From positions 20,522,001-20,586,000 of the forward strand of contig NC_043005.1 of assembly GCF_006345805.1 (NCBI RefSeq): 64,000 nucleotides of DNA. The letters are read 5' to 3'. The DNA comes from Octopus sinensis (Eukaryota). The stretch's first letter is position 1, and the number at the start of each line of letters is the position of its first letter. Of this stretch, positions 50,511 to 62,364 are shown piece by piece. The notes beneath the pieces were generated by a model, which saw only the letters and a program-made list of their open reading frames with translations, was not told the DNA's origin and searched no databases. Both the position numbers and the translations under genes were made by a program.

Positions 50511-52469
50511 ACATATTCTTCAGGCACCAACCACATATCATAACAAACTAAAAAAAAATTGAATAAGGGAAGTAAAAAGTGTACCCTCCTTAGACCTTAA
50601 ATTATAACCTTAAATTATGGTCTATGGAGGATAACTCTTTTACCATTTTACAGTTTAGTTTTTGTGTTTTCGTTTCCATTTTTTGTTTTCTGTTTTTTTA
50701 ACTTCTGTGTTTTCTATATAGTACTTTCTCAGTTTTTTTTGTCTTTCTTCTCTTATTCAATTTTTTCAGTTATATGTGGTTTACACTTGAAGAACATGTT
50801 AGAGATATTTCTCAACATATGAAACTATTAGTAGCACTTAAGGACATATATTGTGTCCTTTGAATAAATACTATATATATGTCTGTCTGTCTGTCAGAAA
50901 AAAAAAATTCATATATTTGCCAGTAGAGAGGGTATATTAATCAAAGTGTACAGTATTATATACTCATTATGGCTGATCTTATCAATCAGTTTCCCACTAG
51001 GGGTTCAACAGAGTGTTAGGTAACAATCCAATTATATAACCCTGCACTCTTCAGAGATAGTAGTTATGACTGTTCTCTATAGTTGGTGAACAGATACATC
51101 CAGTTTATGGTTGCTGTGAAAAAGATGATGAAACAAACTGAGCAAGGGTTAAGTTAAGAGTTAGTCCCTTGGTACCAAAACAATCTCTGGAGATGTTGCA
51201 AGGCTATAAGAGTTTTCAGGAAGAGTGTTGGGGGAAATGTGTGTATGTTTTAGTGTTGGTGTTCTTGTAGAAATGGAATGTGTGTAGTGGTTTTATATGT
51301 GCAGTGTTTTTGGTGGGAAGGGTATTAGTGTGATCTTTTTCTTTTATGTTTTGGTTAAAACTTTTGATTAAATTCTTTGGGGCATTTATGTATGCATGGA
51401 GTGTATATAGGGGTACAATATATGTGGGTGCTTATATTGTGGTGGTGGAAAAGGGTCTATTGGGTGGATGTCTGCTGTGTTAGTGTGTGTTTTTGAGTGC
51501 ATTTGTGTATGTTCTAGTCAAACACTTTGCTGGATTCCCAGGTATTGGTGGTGGGAGGGTTAAATCTGGGTGACACAGGTATGATAGGATTTACCTCCTT
51601 TCAAGGATTAAAAATTTCACTTCTACTCTTCAGGTAGACGGGATAAAATGACTGACTTCTTTCATGACCCTTACAATACAATGTGTTTTATATCCATTAG
51701 ATACTAAACAAAAACTCTCAGAACATACATTCAAATTTTTGTAAGATGGTGAGTGCCATAAGTTAATCAACATTATCAAAATTATAACAATATCACCAAA
51801 GAATGAAGGAAGAGTCAGTGTATCTCATTGAGATGACATATGAAATAGTTATTTAAAACTTTGCTTCGTTATTCTTCACTACTCTGTGAAATGATGGGGG
51901 TCATTTCATGAACCTCCCAGAATATGTATTAAAATCCATGTAAGCTGCCAACTTCCATGTATGTTAAACAGTGAAATAAGAACAACACAATACCACCAAT
52001 TGCTTGTCAAATTGAAATTTTGAATAAAATATAAAACAATATGGTGCATTGTTTACTAAATTAACAGTAAATTATAAAAACACAATCTATCAACAGATCT
52101 ATTTTTAGCATACAAAGGGTTAATGTGAATTCTAATATATCATGATATACACACAACAGCTTGCCTGAATGTTTCAGTTGTAGATAATCCATTTGTACAT
52201 CATTCTTCTGATGCTGTGAATTTGTTTAAGATTGAATGGCCTTAACAAAATTTGACCTCTTTAAGGTAATATCAGCCTTGGAAAAGTACATCATTAGAGA
52301 AGAGATGTACAAATGAATTGTTTGCAAACTAAGTATTGCAATAAAGTCTCAAATAAGTCTGAAGATGTATTACAACTCACATGAACTCTGATTAGAGTGT
52401 CATTTTGGGAATCAATATTATCTTCATTATGAATTATCCATTTACAAAATTATGCACGAACACACACGC

Positions 52470-52533
<64 letters not shown>

Positions 52534-52621
52534 AAGAGCATATGAATGTAATGTGTGTGTATGTGTGTGTGTTTGGATGGGAGGATGAGTAAGAAATATA
52601 TTTCTTGTTTTCTTTTTCCAG

Positions 52622-52852
52622 CTAATAAGCCTTTGGAGCTTAAAAGCGTTAGCATACCCACGAAGGATACTTTCAATCAGCTTAAGGATAAGACTTTAAA
52701 GCAGTGCAATGAAGCTTGCCAAAATTATTATGGATGTTATGCTTATGCATACAGTGAGAAAGCTAAGACATGTGGACTTAGTAATGTGACTCAGTTGACT
52801 GATGTACTTAAACCCAACAATGGAAATTGGGATGTATATATAATGACACCAG
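52622..52852 (+). CDS. Exon A4, PAN/apple-like domain (xNKPLELKSVSIPTKDTFNQLKDKTLKQCNEACQNYYGCYAYAYSEKAKTCGLSNVTQLTDVLKPNNGNWDVYIMTP)
   Basis: Acceptor ctttttccag, donor gtcagt, 231 nt. Confidence 0.88.
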
Positions 52853-52907
52853 GTCAGTAGAGTGTTTTCATCTTATTTATTGTGTGCTTGTTTTTGTGTA
52901 TTTACAA

Positions 52908-53140
52908 GATCAAGGAAGAGTTCGAAGATCTTCCTGGGGACTCACTGAGGAACAAATGTGCCAGGTTCTGGAGCCATCTTGAGGCTGTGGTGGAAGCTGA
53001 GGGTAGCTACTTTGAGCAAACTGTTGTCTCCCAACCATAATTTTGTTGATATATTTTGATTTTTTTAAATACTACTATTTTGAGATGTGATATTTTTTGT
53101 TTTCTTTTCCTGCAAACTCAAATTTAGCACAAACACCCTG
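52908..53140 (+). mobile_element. Tc1/mariner 3' end with TIR
   Basis: KIKEEFEDLPGDSLRNKCARFWSHLEAVVEAEGSYFE, ending in ...caaacaccctg. Confidence 0.6.
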
Positions 53141-53429
53141 GTTTGATTCCAACGATACAGTGATAAATGAGCTTTTAGCAACAAAGAGGTTCACTCATGA
53201 AAAGCTTCTTGACCCGAACATTAAGAACAAAGTGTAACTAGAAAAGTTGTACAAGTCTCAGAAAGTAGACTTGCAAAAGGAACTTAGGAGGCTTAAAGGC
53301 ACTTAGTGGAGAAATTTGTCTGAGGAAGTACAGGTGGCCTATAACAGGAAAGACGTTGTAAGTTATTATTGTTTCTTGTGGCAAGCTTTTGGACAGTAAT
53401 CTTTATCATATGTTCACTTGAAGTCAAAA

Positions 53430-53970
53430 GATGGAAATGAGGTTATTAAAGACCCAGGAAGACATGGGATGAGGTGGTCAAGCATGACCTTCGAACGTTG
53501 GGCCTCACAGAGGCAATGATGAAAGACCGAGCGAGATCTCTGGAGATATGCTGTGACTGCGAAGACCTGACAAATAATGTGAGTTCATGGCTGCTTCTTG
53601 CACCAGTTTCGCATAGCACCAGCCCATCCAAAGTACCTTGGATTGCAGAACGACCTGCTGTGCTTACCTTGGATCGTAGGGTAACCTGCTGTGCTTGAGG
53701 AGACCTATTGAGTCAAGTACATCAACATCAAAATAAATTTCAAATGGAAATTGTAGTTATGATACATGTGCCAGCAGCATGTAAAAAGCACCATCCGAAC
53801 TTGGCCAATACCAGTGCTGACTTGACTGACTTCTGTGCCGGTGGCATGTGACCTGCTGTGCTTGAGGAGACTTATTGAGTCAAGTACATCAACATCAAAA
53901 TCAAAATCAAATGGAAATTGTAGTTGTGATACCTGTGCTGGTGGCATGTAAAAAGCACCAACCGATCATG
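53430..53970 (+). mobile_element. RTE 3' end and UTR fragment with an internal duplication
   Basis: RPRKTWDEVVKHDLRTLGLTEAM-type C-terminus. acctgctgtgcttgaggagac.tattgagtcaagtacatcaacatcaaaat occurs twice. Confidence 0.6.
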
Positions 53971-54349
53971 GCCACTGCAAGCAAGACGAAATATGGAACT
54001 AAGAATGACAACAATTAAGGAAGCGAAGCATTATGGGGATAAGAATGAACGTGAATTGAAAAACGAGGATAAACGAATAGAAACGAATAATTATCTTAAC
54101 AAAATTAGGAAATAAGGCTAAAATTAAAATTATATTTGAGGAGACATTTTCAATGAAAAAAACACAAGCTGTTTAGTGAATAATACATTTTAGGTATTAG
54201 TGGCGAATGAAGTGCAAGGGGACGGAAAGAAAAATGAGAGAAAAATCTTAGCTTTTGGACATCGTTCGGCAGAGAAATGAATATATATGTATATATATGT
54301 GTATATATATATATATATATATACATATATATATGCATATATATGCGTG

Positions 54350-54385
<36 letters not shown>

Positions 54386-54513
54386 ATGTAAAGTATAGAA
54401 GCCATCTTATCATGGCTAACCACATAGAACCACATAGATGGCTTCTATACTTTACATTATCGAGCGATTACTGTTTCAATCTCATTCTGAGATTTAATTA
54501 TGCTTACTGTTCG

Positions 54514-54572
<59 letters not shown>

Positions 54573-55170
54573 TATACACACATATATATGTATGTATTTA
54601 TGTATATGTAGAAGAAATTGACCCCAGGAGTTATTCTTTGTAAGCTTAGTACTTATTCTACTGGTTTGTTTTGCCAAACTGCTAAGTTACGTGACGTAAA
54701 CAGAGCAACATCAGTTGTCAAGTGATAGTGGGGGTACAAACACACAGACACACATACACACACGTATATACATATATACACATATATATACATATAGAAA
54801 TAAGTGTGTTACTGTCTCCTTGCTTTGTCATCACATGATAGTCCATCACCATCATGATTTAACATCCACTTTTCCATGCCTGCGCTTATCAGACAGAACC
54901 TGCTAAGACTGATCCTCCACAGCCAGATATCCTTCCTGTCACCAATTCTCAATCCCCACTGAAAAAAACCCAAAAAAACTAAGCCACAACTTACATGGCC
55001 ACATTTTTTTACATAATACAAGCAAGCATATGTATATATGTATATCCATGTAAAATTTCTTTTTGTTTTTTCAGTCAAGCTGTTATTCTATATTTGTTTT
55101 TACCTCCATGTTCTTCTCCTCTTTTAAACATATACTCATCATTGATATCAGTTTCTCTTATCACTTCCAG

Positions 55171-55341
55171 TCTTCTCAAGAGTTGACTGTGGATCACCAA
55201 AAGACGTTGTTAATGCAAAGAAGTCCTACACTACCACCACCTATAAATCTGAAGTGACATATACTTGTTCAGGAGGACAAAAGTTGATGTCAGTATGTAA
55301 AGAGGACAATAAATGGACTCCAGTAGCGTCAGGTTGTAAAG
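55171..55341 (+). CDS. Exon C5, Sushi/CCP domain (xFSRVDCGSPKDVVNAKKSYTTTTYKSEVTYTCSGGQKLMSVCKEDNKWTPVASGCK)
   Basis: Acceptor cacttccag, donor gtaata, 171 nt. This frame is not in the ORF track. Confidence 0.87.
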
Positions 55342-55369
55342 GTAATATAAATCGGTTCTCTCTTTCTAT

Positions 55370-56300
55370 CTCTGTCTAGGAGGGCTGGGCATGCCATGGT
55401 TGATGATGCGCTGAGACTGTGACATCTCTGGCTCTACGTAGACGACAGTGAACAGGTGTGGTCGCTGTTTGTGAGGTGCACTTTCCTGCAGCTCGTCTCC
55501 TTGACCGAACTGCAGTCGTGGATCAAAAAGAGGCCGAGGAAGGGTGAATGACACTGCTAGTTTTGTGTTGCTCTCAAGCAACTATGCCATCCTGGGTTGA
55601 CCTTGGGCAACTTCAACACACCCAAAGCATTCTATAGGGGATTAGTGGAGGGGAAGTACGATGACGATCTTGGGGTGAACCTGGGCATTGATAAGGAATG
55701 CCTGACCTACCTGTTCAAGATAACTTTTGGGCCGGGACCTATGGAGAACTTCCAGAGATCCCTGGCAGTGCTATCAAGAAGCGCTACCCATTTTGGATAA
55801 GCTGTACAGGTATGGCTCGAGAAACACGGGGTTCACCTGTCTGAGATGTGGTCAGAGTGACAAAGCCATCCTGCATGCACTTGTACAGTGTCCAACCATT
55901 TCTGACCTGTAGTCCTATGTCGAACGACTGCTATCGCATGTAGGACGAGTCAGCTCATCAACCAAGTCTATCATGAATATTGTTGTGCCTCCTTCCTTGA
56001 AATGGGATGGAAGAGCCATTTTCATCGTACTTGTGGCTATGACAAAAGAATGTGTATGGTGGATGCATCTGAAAGGTCTAGAGACAAACACTTTCCTCTC
56101 TGGTCAATCTCTCATCAACTTCTTCAAGTATCACTTGAAGAGGAAGGTGAGAGTAGAGAGGGAAGTTTTGTCTAGTGAATGTTTCAAAAAATGATGGGTG
56201 AATGTAGCAAGGATGGCACGTGTGAATGATGGAACCAGCTTGAGCATCATCCTATTAACCCAAAAAAGGAAAGGAAAAAAAGAGAGCCACTTACTGCAAT
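55370..56300 (+). mobile_element. L1/Tx1-clade LINE 3' fragment with CCHC zinc knuckle
   Basis: WQCYQEALPILDKLYRYG...CLRCGQSDKAILHALVQCP...VWWMHLKGL...FFKYHLKRKV. Confidence 0.75.
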
Positions 56301-56669
56301 GTCTTTTTTTTGCATGACACTATTGCCCAAGGTTCCCGTGGTCTATTCCGTAGGCTTTTTTCATCAAAATTAAGGACAATAAGTATTGTTACTATCAACA
56401 ATAATTATAATTATTCTTGTTGTTAAGGGTGATAGACTGACAAAATCATTAGGATATCAGACAAAATGTGGTATTTGTTCTGGCTCTGAGTTCAAATCTG
56501 GCAAATGTTAACTTTACTTTTCTGGGACCAATAAAATAAAATACCATTCAAGTGTAGGGTCAATTTAATTGGCCAACTGTTTCTCAAAGTTTTGACTTTC
56601 TTTATATGTTAGAAATTATTATTATGGTTGTTGTTGTTTTCATTCATTAAAATTTTACTTTAACTTTAG

Positions 56670-56909
56670 ATTCTCAGCTCCATTTTGCGAAAGTAGCAGA
56701 TGCAGTTCTGGATGTAACTGGGAAAACATTGTGGAGTAAGAAAAATGTAACAGCAGATGCTTGTGCAAAAAAATGTTTGTCTGACAAAAATTGTTTAGCA
56801 TTTGAAATAGTTAAAGGAAATGGAAACTGTTACTTATCAAAGAAAAGTGCAGAACTCTCCAAGACATTAAAGACAGATGAAAGTAGAGATTACTACCAAC
56901 GAGTAAAAT
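56670..56909 (+). CDS. Exon B4, PAN/apple-like domain (xSQLHFAKVADAVLDVTGKTLWSKKNVTADACAKKCLSDKNCLAFEIVKGNGNCYLSKKSAELSKTLKTDESRDYYQRVK)
   Basis: Acceptor aactttag, donor gtaagt, 240 nt. About 57/80 aa identical to B3 by hand. Confidence 0.9.
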
Positions 56910-57469
56910 GTAAGTATTTTTGGTGTTTTATTATTGGATTCTCTTTCCCTCTTTTTTTTCTGAAATTTGCCATTTCATTTGTGCTGCATAATATATAAAC
57001 AACCACATCTGTAAAGACATTAACACGTTTACCTATATAGACAAACATAGACACATTCTATACATAAGCAACTGTAAATACTGCTAGGACATTTTCATAC
57101 AACATTTGTTCACCTGCAACATTTTATGCATGTTTTCAGTCAGGCTTTTAGTGTAGAAAAGGCAACTCTTGTTTTTATTAACCGTAGTGGTGGTGGTGGT
57201 GGTAATGATTTCAAATTTTGGTGCAAAACCAGCAGCTTTGAGGGTCACTGATAGCAGATATCATCAATCCTGTATTTATATTAAGCCAAAGGGATGAAAT
57301 GCAAACTTGACCTTGGCAGAATTTGAAAACAGAATATAATGAGTTAGAAGTGGTACCACTAGGTGGCAAGGGTTTCAGACAATACCTTGTGACTAGCTGC
57401 TGTCCTTCACACTGTGTTATACAAAATAAGAGAAAAAGTAAAACCTATCTATGTGGTTGTGTGTGTCCT

Positions 57470-58560
57470 ATATTTTAGCATGGTTATTAGCCTTCCTATG
57501 GCCAACCATTTTACTACTTGAAAATAATACAGTTTCTCATACTACTGGAATCAGAGAAATTGTCTGCTGGGACTAAATAATCTGCTTAGCATAAAATAAT
57601 TTCCTATTCAGAGTTGTTTCATGGTATTGAGAACAAAACAGCCAGCAAATACATAGTTTGATCTGAGAGATTTTGACTGTTTTTATCGAAACCCTGGACA
57701 TCAAGGGAAATTCACTAGGTTTAATGACTTCAATATTTGGATACTTCTGAAATCTGGCATGTCATTGTTTTTGTGATAAATTGTTTTGGATCAAAGAGAA
57801 AGGTGATCTCTTTCTCTGTATATCTATGAGGATGCGTGTATTGTAAGAATGGCTTACAAATGCAGAAGACACTTTCATAGGAATTTCAGCTATTATTCCC
57901 AAGCTATAATAGCAACAAAGTAAGCAAACAGTCTCCAATTTATCCTCAGATAGTTATTTTAGTAGCATATTTACAAAATAACAAGGTGTTAGCTAGGACT
58001 GACTTTAGAGACAAATTAATATAAACAGAGTATCATCCCCCTCAATGCTTGAAGAGAATTAAGATGAGAAAATTCTCTTGAATTTACTCCTCTCATCAAC
58101 CTAAATGTCTCCATGAACACATGCAAGAACTTTTCAGCCTTACTTTAAACTCCATTTCTCCAGCACACACAATTACTTTAAGCTTATGAATGTGCATAGT
58201 GTTAAAGTTTGTTACTCCTGTCCAGATAACATTACTTCCAGCATTTTGTGACTACAGAAAAGCTTACACTTGTCCAGCCTTTTCCCACACATTTGCTTAT
58301 AACTACCTCAACCACTCCCCATCTCCACCTAGAGACATCTGTCTCACAATAACAGTGATTTATTGAGCAACTCTCACTCTATCTGATGAATTGTAAATGA
58401 ACTACATGGGACTTAAATAACTTCAAGGAAAGTTTCACTCAACATATATACTCCTTTAAGTTCATGTACAAGGAAAAATTTAACTGTCTCTTGTTTCATC
58501 TAGAGGCTTGAGGAACAGGAAAATGATCTACCCACCATAACCTTGAGCTTACTCAATGAA
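57470..58560 (+). mobile_element. Fossil Penelope-like block, copy 4 (after B4)
   Basis: Colinear with the other copies, e.g. aatgtgcatagtgttaaagtttgttactcctgt shared with copy 2. Confidence 0.6.
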
Positions 58561-58989
58561 CCCACTCCTTATTTACCAGAACATACAACTTCAGTCATTA
58601 TATTATGAAGTCATTGAAAAACAAAATCACATGCATATGTGTGTGCATATACATGAGAGGTATTTGAATATATATGTGTATGCATATAGATATGTATATA
58701 ATTGTGTAGTTTCCATGCATGCATGCATATATCATTTGTGAGATTTTCCAACATTGTTCTTGAACTAATAATTTCAAACATATAGTTACCTACCTACTTA
58801 CATGTGAGTATACCTGTGTACATACACACATACATACATATGTGTATGTATTAAAATATACATTCCAAATCAGATTGCTGTAGCATGGATGAATCTTATT
58901 GCCAAAAATGAAAGCTCTCAGTTGATAGAAAACTATATGCCTAAACAACTTTATACGAGCTGTCTCAACCAATTCCTTCAGGATCAGTG

Positions 58990-59310
58990 AATTCAATGAC
59001 ATTGTGACTGATGAGCCTGCAGGTGGAGAGAAGGGAATGATGGGATGTGCCAGATACCTTTTGATAAACAAAGCTATGCTGTCCAAAGTAAGAAAACATT
59101 GCAAAATCCCTGTGCTAATATTGTTTGATTATAGGAGAGCATTCAAATCTATTCCCCACACATGGCTACTAAAGTTTTTGCACTCAGTAAAAGTACCTGC
59201 TATCCTAGTTGCTGCCATTGAAAGGCTCACAAAGACCTGATAAACAATCCTACAAAGAAACAATGACAACACAAGGATGTTGATTAATCTCCCTTTTAAT
59301 AATGCTCTAA
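58990..59310 (+). mobile_element. R4/Dong-like non-LTR RT fragment
   Basis: EKGMMGCARYLLINKAML...LFDYRRAFKSIPHTWLL...VPAILVAAIERL resembles R4-clade GC..QLLID...DYKKAFDSVPH.W. Confidence 0.55.
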
Positions 59311-59329
59311 CCATAGTAGTCCATGAGAT

Positions 59330-61370
59330 TTATATCCGTCATATTTGGAGGTCATAACTTTTGTGTTATATCCTCAGCAGTCATGGCCCATGTTTCACTA
59401 CCACGTAGCATGGCTGTTCGTACACATGCATCATACAGTCTGCCTTTTACTCTGAGCGAGAGGCCTTTTGTCACCAGCAGAGGTAAGAGCTCTCTGAACT
59501 TTGCCCAGGCTATTCTTACTTTAGCAGTTACACTTTCAGCACACCCACTGACTTGGTCACCTAGGTAACGGAAGCTATCAACTATTTCTAGTTTTTCTCC
59601 CTGGAATGTGGTGGAAGTTGGTCTCTGTGCATTTTCAGTGTTTATTGCTCCTGAGTATCTGCTACATAAAAAAACTATTTTCTTAGTTAGCCTTCCTTTG
59701 ACATTGCTGCACCTCTTATCTGTCCATAGCTTACACATGGTACATCTTATAGAGTTTCTACCTATACCTTTTCTACAGATCGAGCAGGGCCATCTACCTG
59801 AAGGCGTTTGTGATTTGTCTACCTTCCTACTTATTAGGACTTTGGTTTTAGCTAGGTTGACTCTAAAGCCCTTCGATTCTAATCCTTGCTTCCACACCTG
59901 AAATTTCTCCTCCAGTTCTGATAGTGACTCAGCAATTAGAGCAAGGTCCTCAGCATAGAGGAGCTCCCAGGGGCATCCTGTCTTGAATTCCTCCATTATT
60001 GCCTGGAAAACTATGATAAATAGGAGGGGGTTGAGGACTGAACCTTGGTGGACCCCTACCTCTACTCGGAATTCTTCACTGTACTCGTTGCCCACCCTCA
60101 CCTTACAAGCAGCATTCCTGTACATGGCTTGCACAGCTCTCACTAACCATTCATCTATCCCTAGTTTCCTCATTGACCACCAGATAAGGGATCGGGGGAC
60201 CCTGTCGAAGGCTTTCTCCATGTCAACAAAAGCCAGCTACAGGGGCTTATCTTTGGCTAGGTATTTCTCCTGCAGCTACCTTACCAGGAATATAGCATCA
60301 GTGGTACTTTTCCCTGGCACGAACCCAAACTGCATCTCATCTAAACTGACTCTCTCTCTAATTAGTTGGGCTATGACCCTCTTTGTAACCTTCGTTACCT
60401 GATCCAACAGCTTGATACCCCTGTAGTTATTTGTATCTAAGGCGTCACCTTTACCTTTGTAGCAGTTGACTATTATGCTGCTACACTAGTCATTGGGAAT
60501 GACTCCTTCGTGTATCACCTGGTTAACTATACGGGTGACTAGGCTATAGCTGACACTACCAGATATTTTGAGCATCTCTGTAGTAATTCCTGATGGGCCT
60601 GGGGTTTTCCCTGTCTTCATGCTTCTAATCGCCTTAACTACCAAGGAACTGTCAACTCGGATAGCTGGTCCCTCTGTTGAGTCAACATTCGGCAGACTCT
60701 CTTTATCCCATTCATTTTCTTTATTCAGCAACCTTTCATAGTGGCGTCTCCAAACTTCTCTCTTTGCATCCTCATTTAGCGCAAGTGAACCATCATCCAT
60801 GCAAACAGATTTCTCTCCTACCACATCACGATTCTCTCTCACACACTGTCTTGCAACACGAAATACCTCAAGTCTTTCATCCTCACGGTGCAGAACATTG
60901 GCAAATGTTTTCTTATCTGCTTCCCCTCTGGCTAAATACACCTGCCTCCTAGCTTCCCTTGTGACAGTCTGATACACTTCCCTGCTACCACCGTTCTTCC
61001 AGTCCTTCCAAGCCTGTTTCTTTTGTCTAATATCCCTGTCAACAATATTATTCAACCACGACGTTATTTTGGGTCTTGAGGGGACTTTGCACCAACCACA
61101 GATCTGGTCAGTGGCTCTCAGGTTGTCTCTTAGAAACCTCCAGTTGTCTTCTACCCCATGTGAAGCTATATTTCCTTCTATTTCATCAAAGGCTTCAAGT
61201 AATATGTCTTTAAATCTCTGTCCATTTGCAGGATCTTTAAGCTTCCAGACCCTTCTTCTCCATGTTGATCATCTTCTGGTTGTCCTCTTAGTCCTGATCC
61301 TAAAGTCACTAACTACCAGTCTATGTTGTGGGGTACCACGAAAACTAGCAGCCATGAAGGGGCGCCTCTC
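59330..61370 (-). mobile_element. RTE-clade LINE, truncated at both ends, inactive
   Basis: PGPSGI, NYRGIKLL, FVDMEKAFDRVP, GVHQGSVLNPLLF, LLYAEDL (YADD mutated), a Cys-rich insert and GSETW. Endonuclease tail QHRLVVSDF. Several in-frame stops. Confidence 0.93.
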
Positions 61371-62133
61371 ATCTTTGGAAAAGGAATACTTAGTAGTAGT
61401 TATAAGAGACCTAATTGAGAGAGAGATATGTTGCAGATTTAGGGTAGATGCGTGAGCTAAATTTATCTTAAACATCGATAAGTAAGAGGAACTATAGAAT
61501 TATATATTTAACATGAGACGTGAGGCTGAAATTTATCTTAGACATTGATAAGTAAGAGGAACAATAAAATTATATATATATTTAACATGAGACTATATAA
61601 CAGATAATTATGTAGAAGTACCATGTAATTGAAATTTTAAATAAAATTTCATATGAACAATTTAATATAAAAACACAGGCCATCCACAAAATTATTTTTC
61701 GGTATAAGTCACCCTCCTAAGAATTAATGGGAACTCTAATACATAATGAGACCTACTTGGAACCTTGCCTCACTGTTTAGAATGTAGCTAAGCCATTTGT
61801 ACAACCCTCTTCTGATGGTATGCTTTTGCTTAAGACTGAATTACCACAACAACCCTTGATATGTTGGTTTACACCTTGACCCTTTAAAAGTACACCAATA
61901 GAAGATGGACGTAGAAGTGGGCATATGCAACTTCAATTTTGAAATAAATTTTCAAATCTGTCTCAACATGTGCTACAGCTCAAATTCTAAGTTGTCATTT
62001 TCCAATGAATTATTTGTTTGTAATAGATTGTCCATTTAAAATGAATTATGCACCAGATGCTATATAATATTTAATGTGTGTGTGTGTGTGTAAGTATGAA
62101 ATGTATTTCTTGTTTTCTTTCTTTTCTTTCTAG

Positions 62134-62364
62134 CTGAAGGTGTTTTAATATTTAAAAAAGCTTCGATACCAGGTTATGATACATTTGGTCAGCTGAAAAA
62201 TGTGAGCTTAAAGGAGTGTGAGCATACTTGTTATCAAACTCCAGGATGTAACTCTTATGAGTATCAAGAAAGTTCTAAAATTTGTGATCTGAGTAATGTG
62301 ACCCACTTGATTCGTAACCTCGAACCTAATGCTGAAGATTGGGATACTTATGTCATTAACCCAG
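62134..62364 (+). CDS. Exon A5, PAN/apple-like domain (xEGVLIFKKASIPGYDTFGQLKNVSLKECEHTCYQTPGCNSYEYQESSKICDLSNVTHLIRNLEPNAEDWDTYVINP)
   Basis: Acceptor tctttctag, donor gtcagt, 231 nt. Read directly from the sequence; not in the ORF track. Confidence 0.88.

Larger units (their letters stand above)
3980..62364 (+). other. Partial multi-exon gene or array encoding tandem PAN(A)-Sushi/CCP-PAN(B) modules; 14 exons, both ends outside the window
   Basis: Three recurring exon families, all on the + strand, all AG-flanked and GT-flanked, all phase 1-1, in repeating order. Intronic sequence next to each exon class is homologous between copies. No first or last exon was found between modules. Confidence 0.85.

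Noticed and set aside
61451-61592. Two-copy ~69-bp tandem repeat
   Set aside because: An ordinary local duplication next to the RTE end, with no structure or coding potential.
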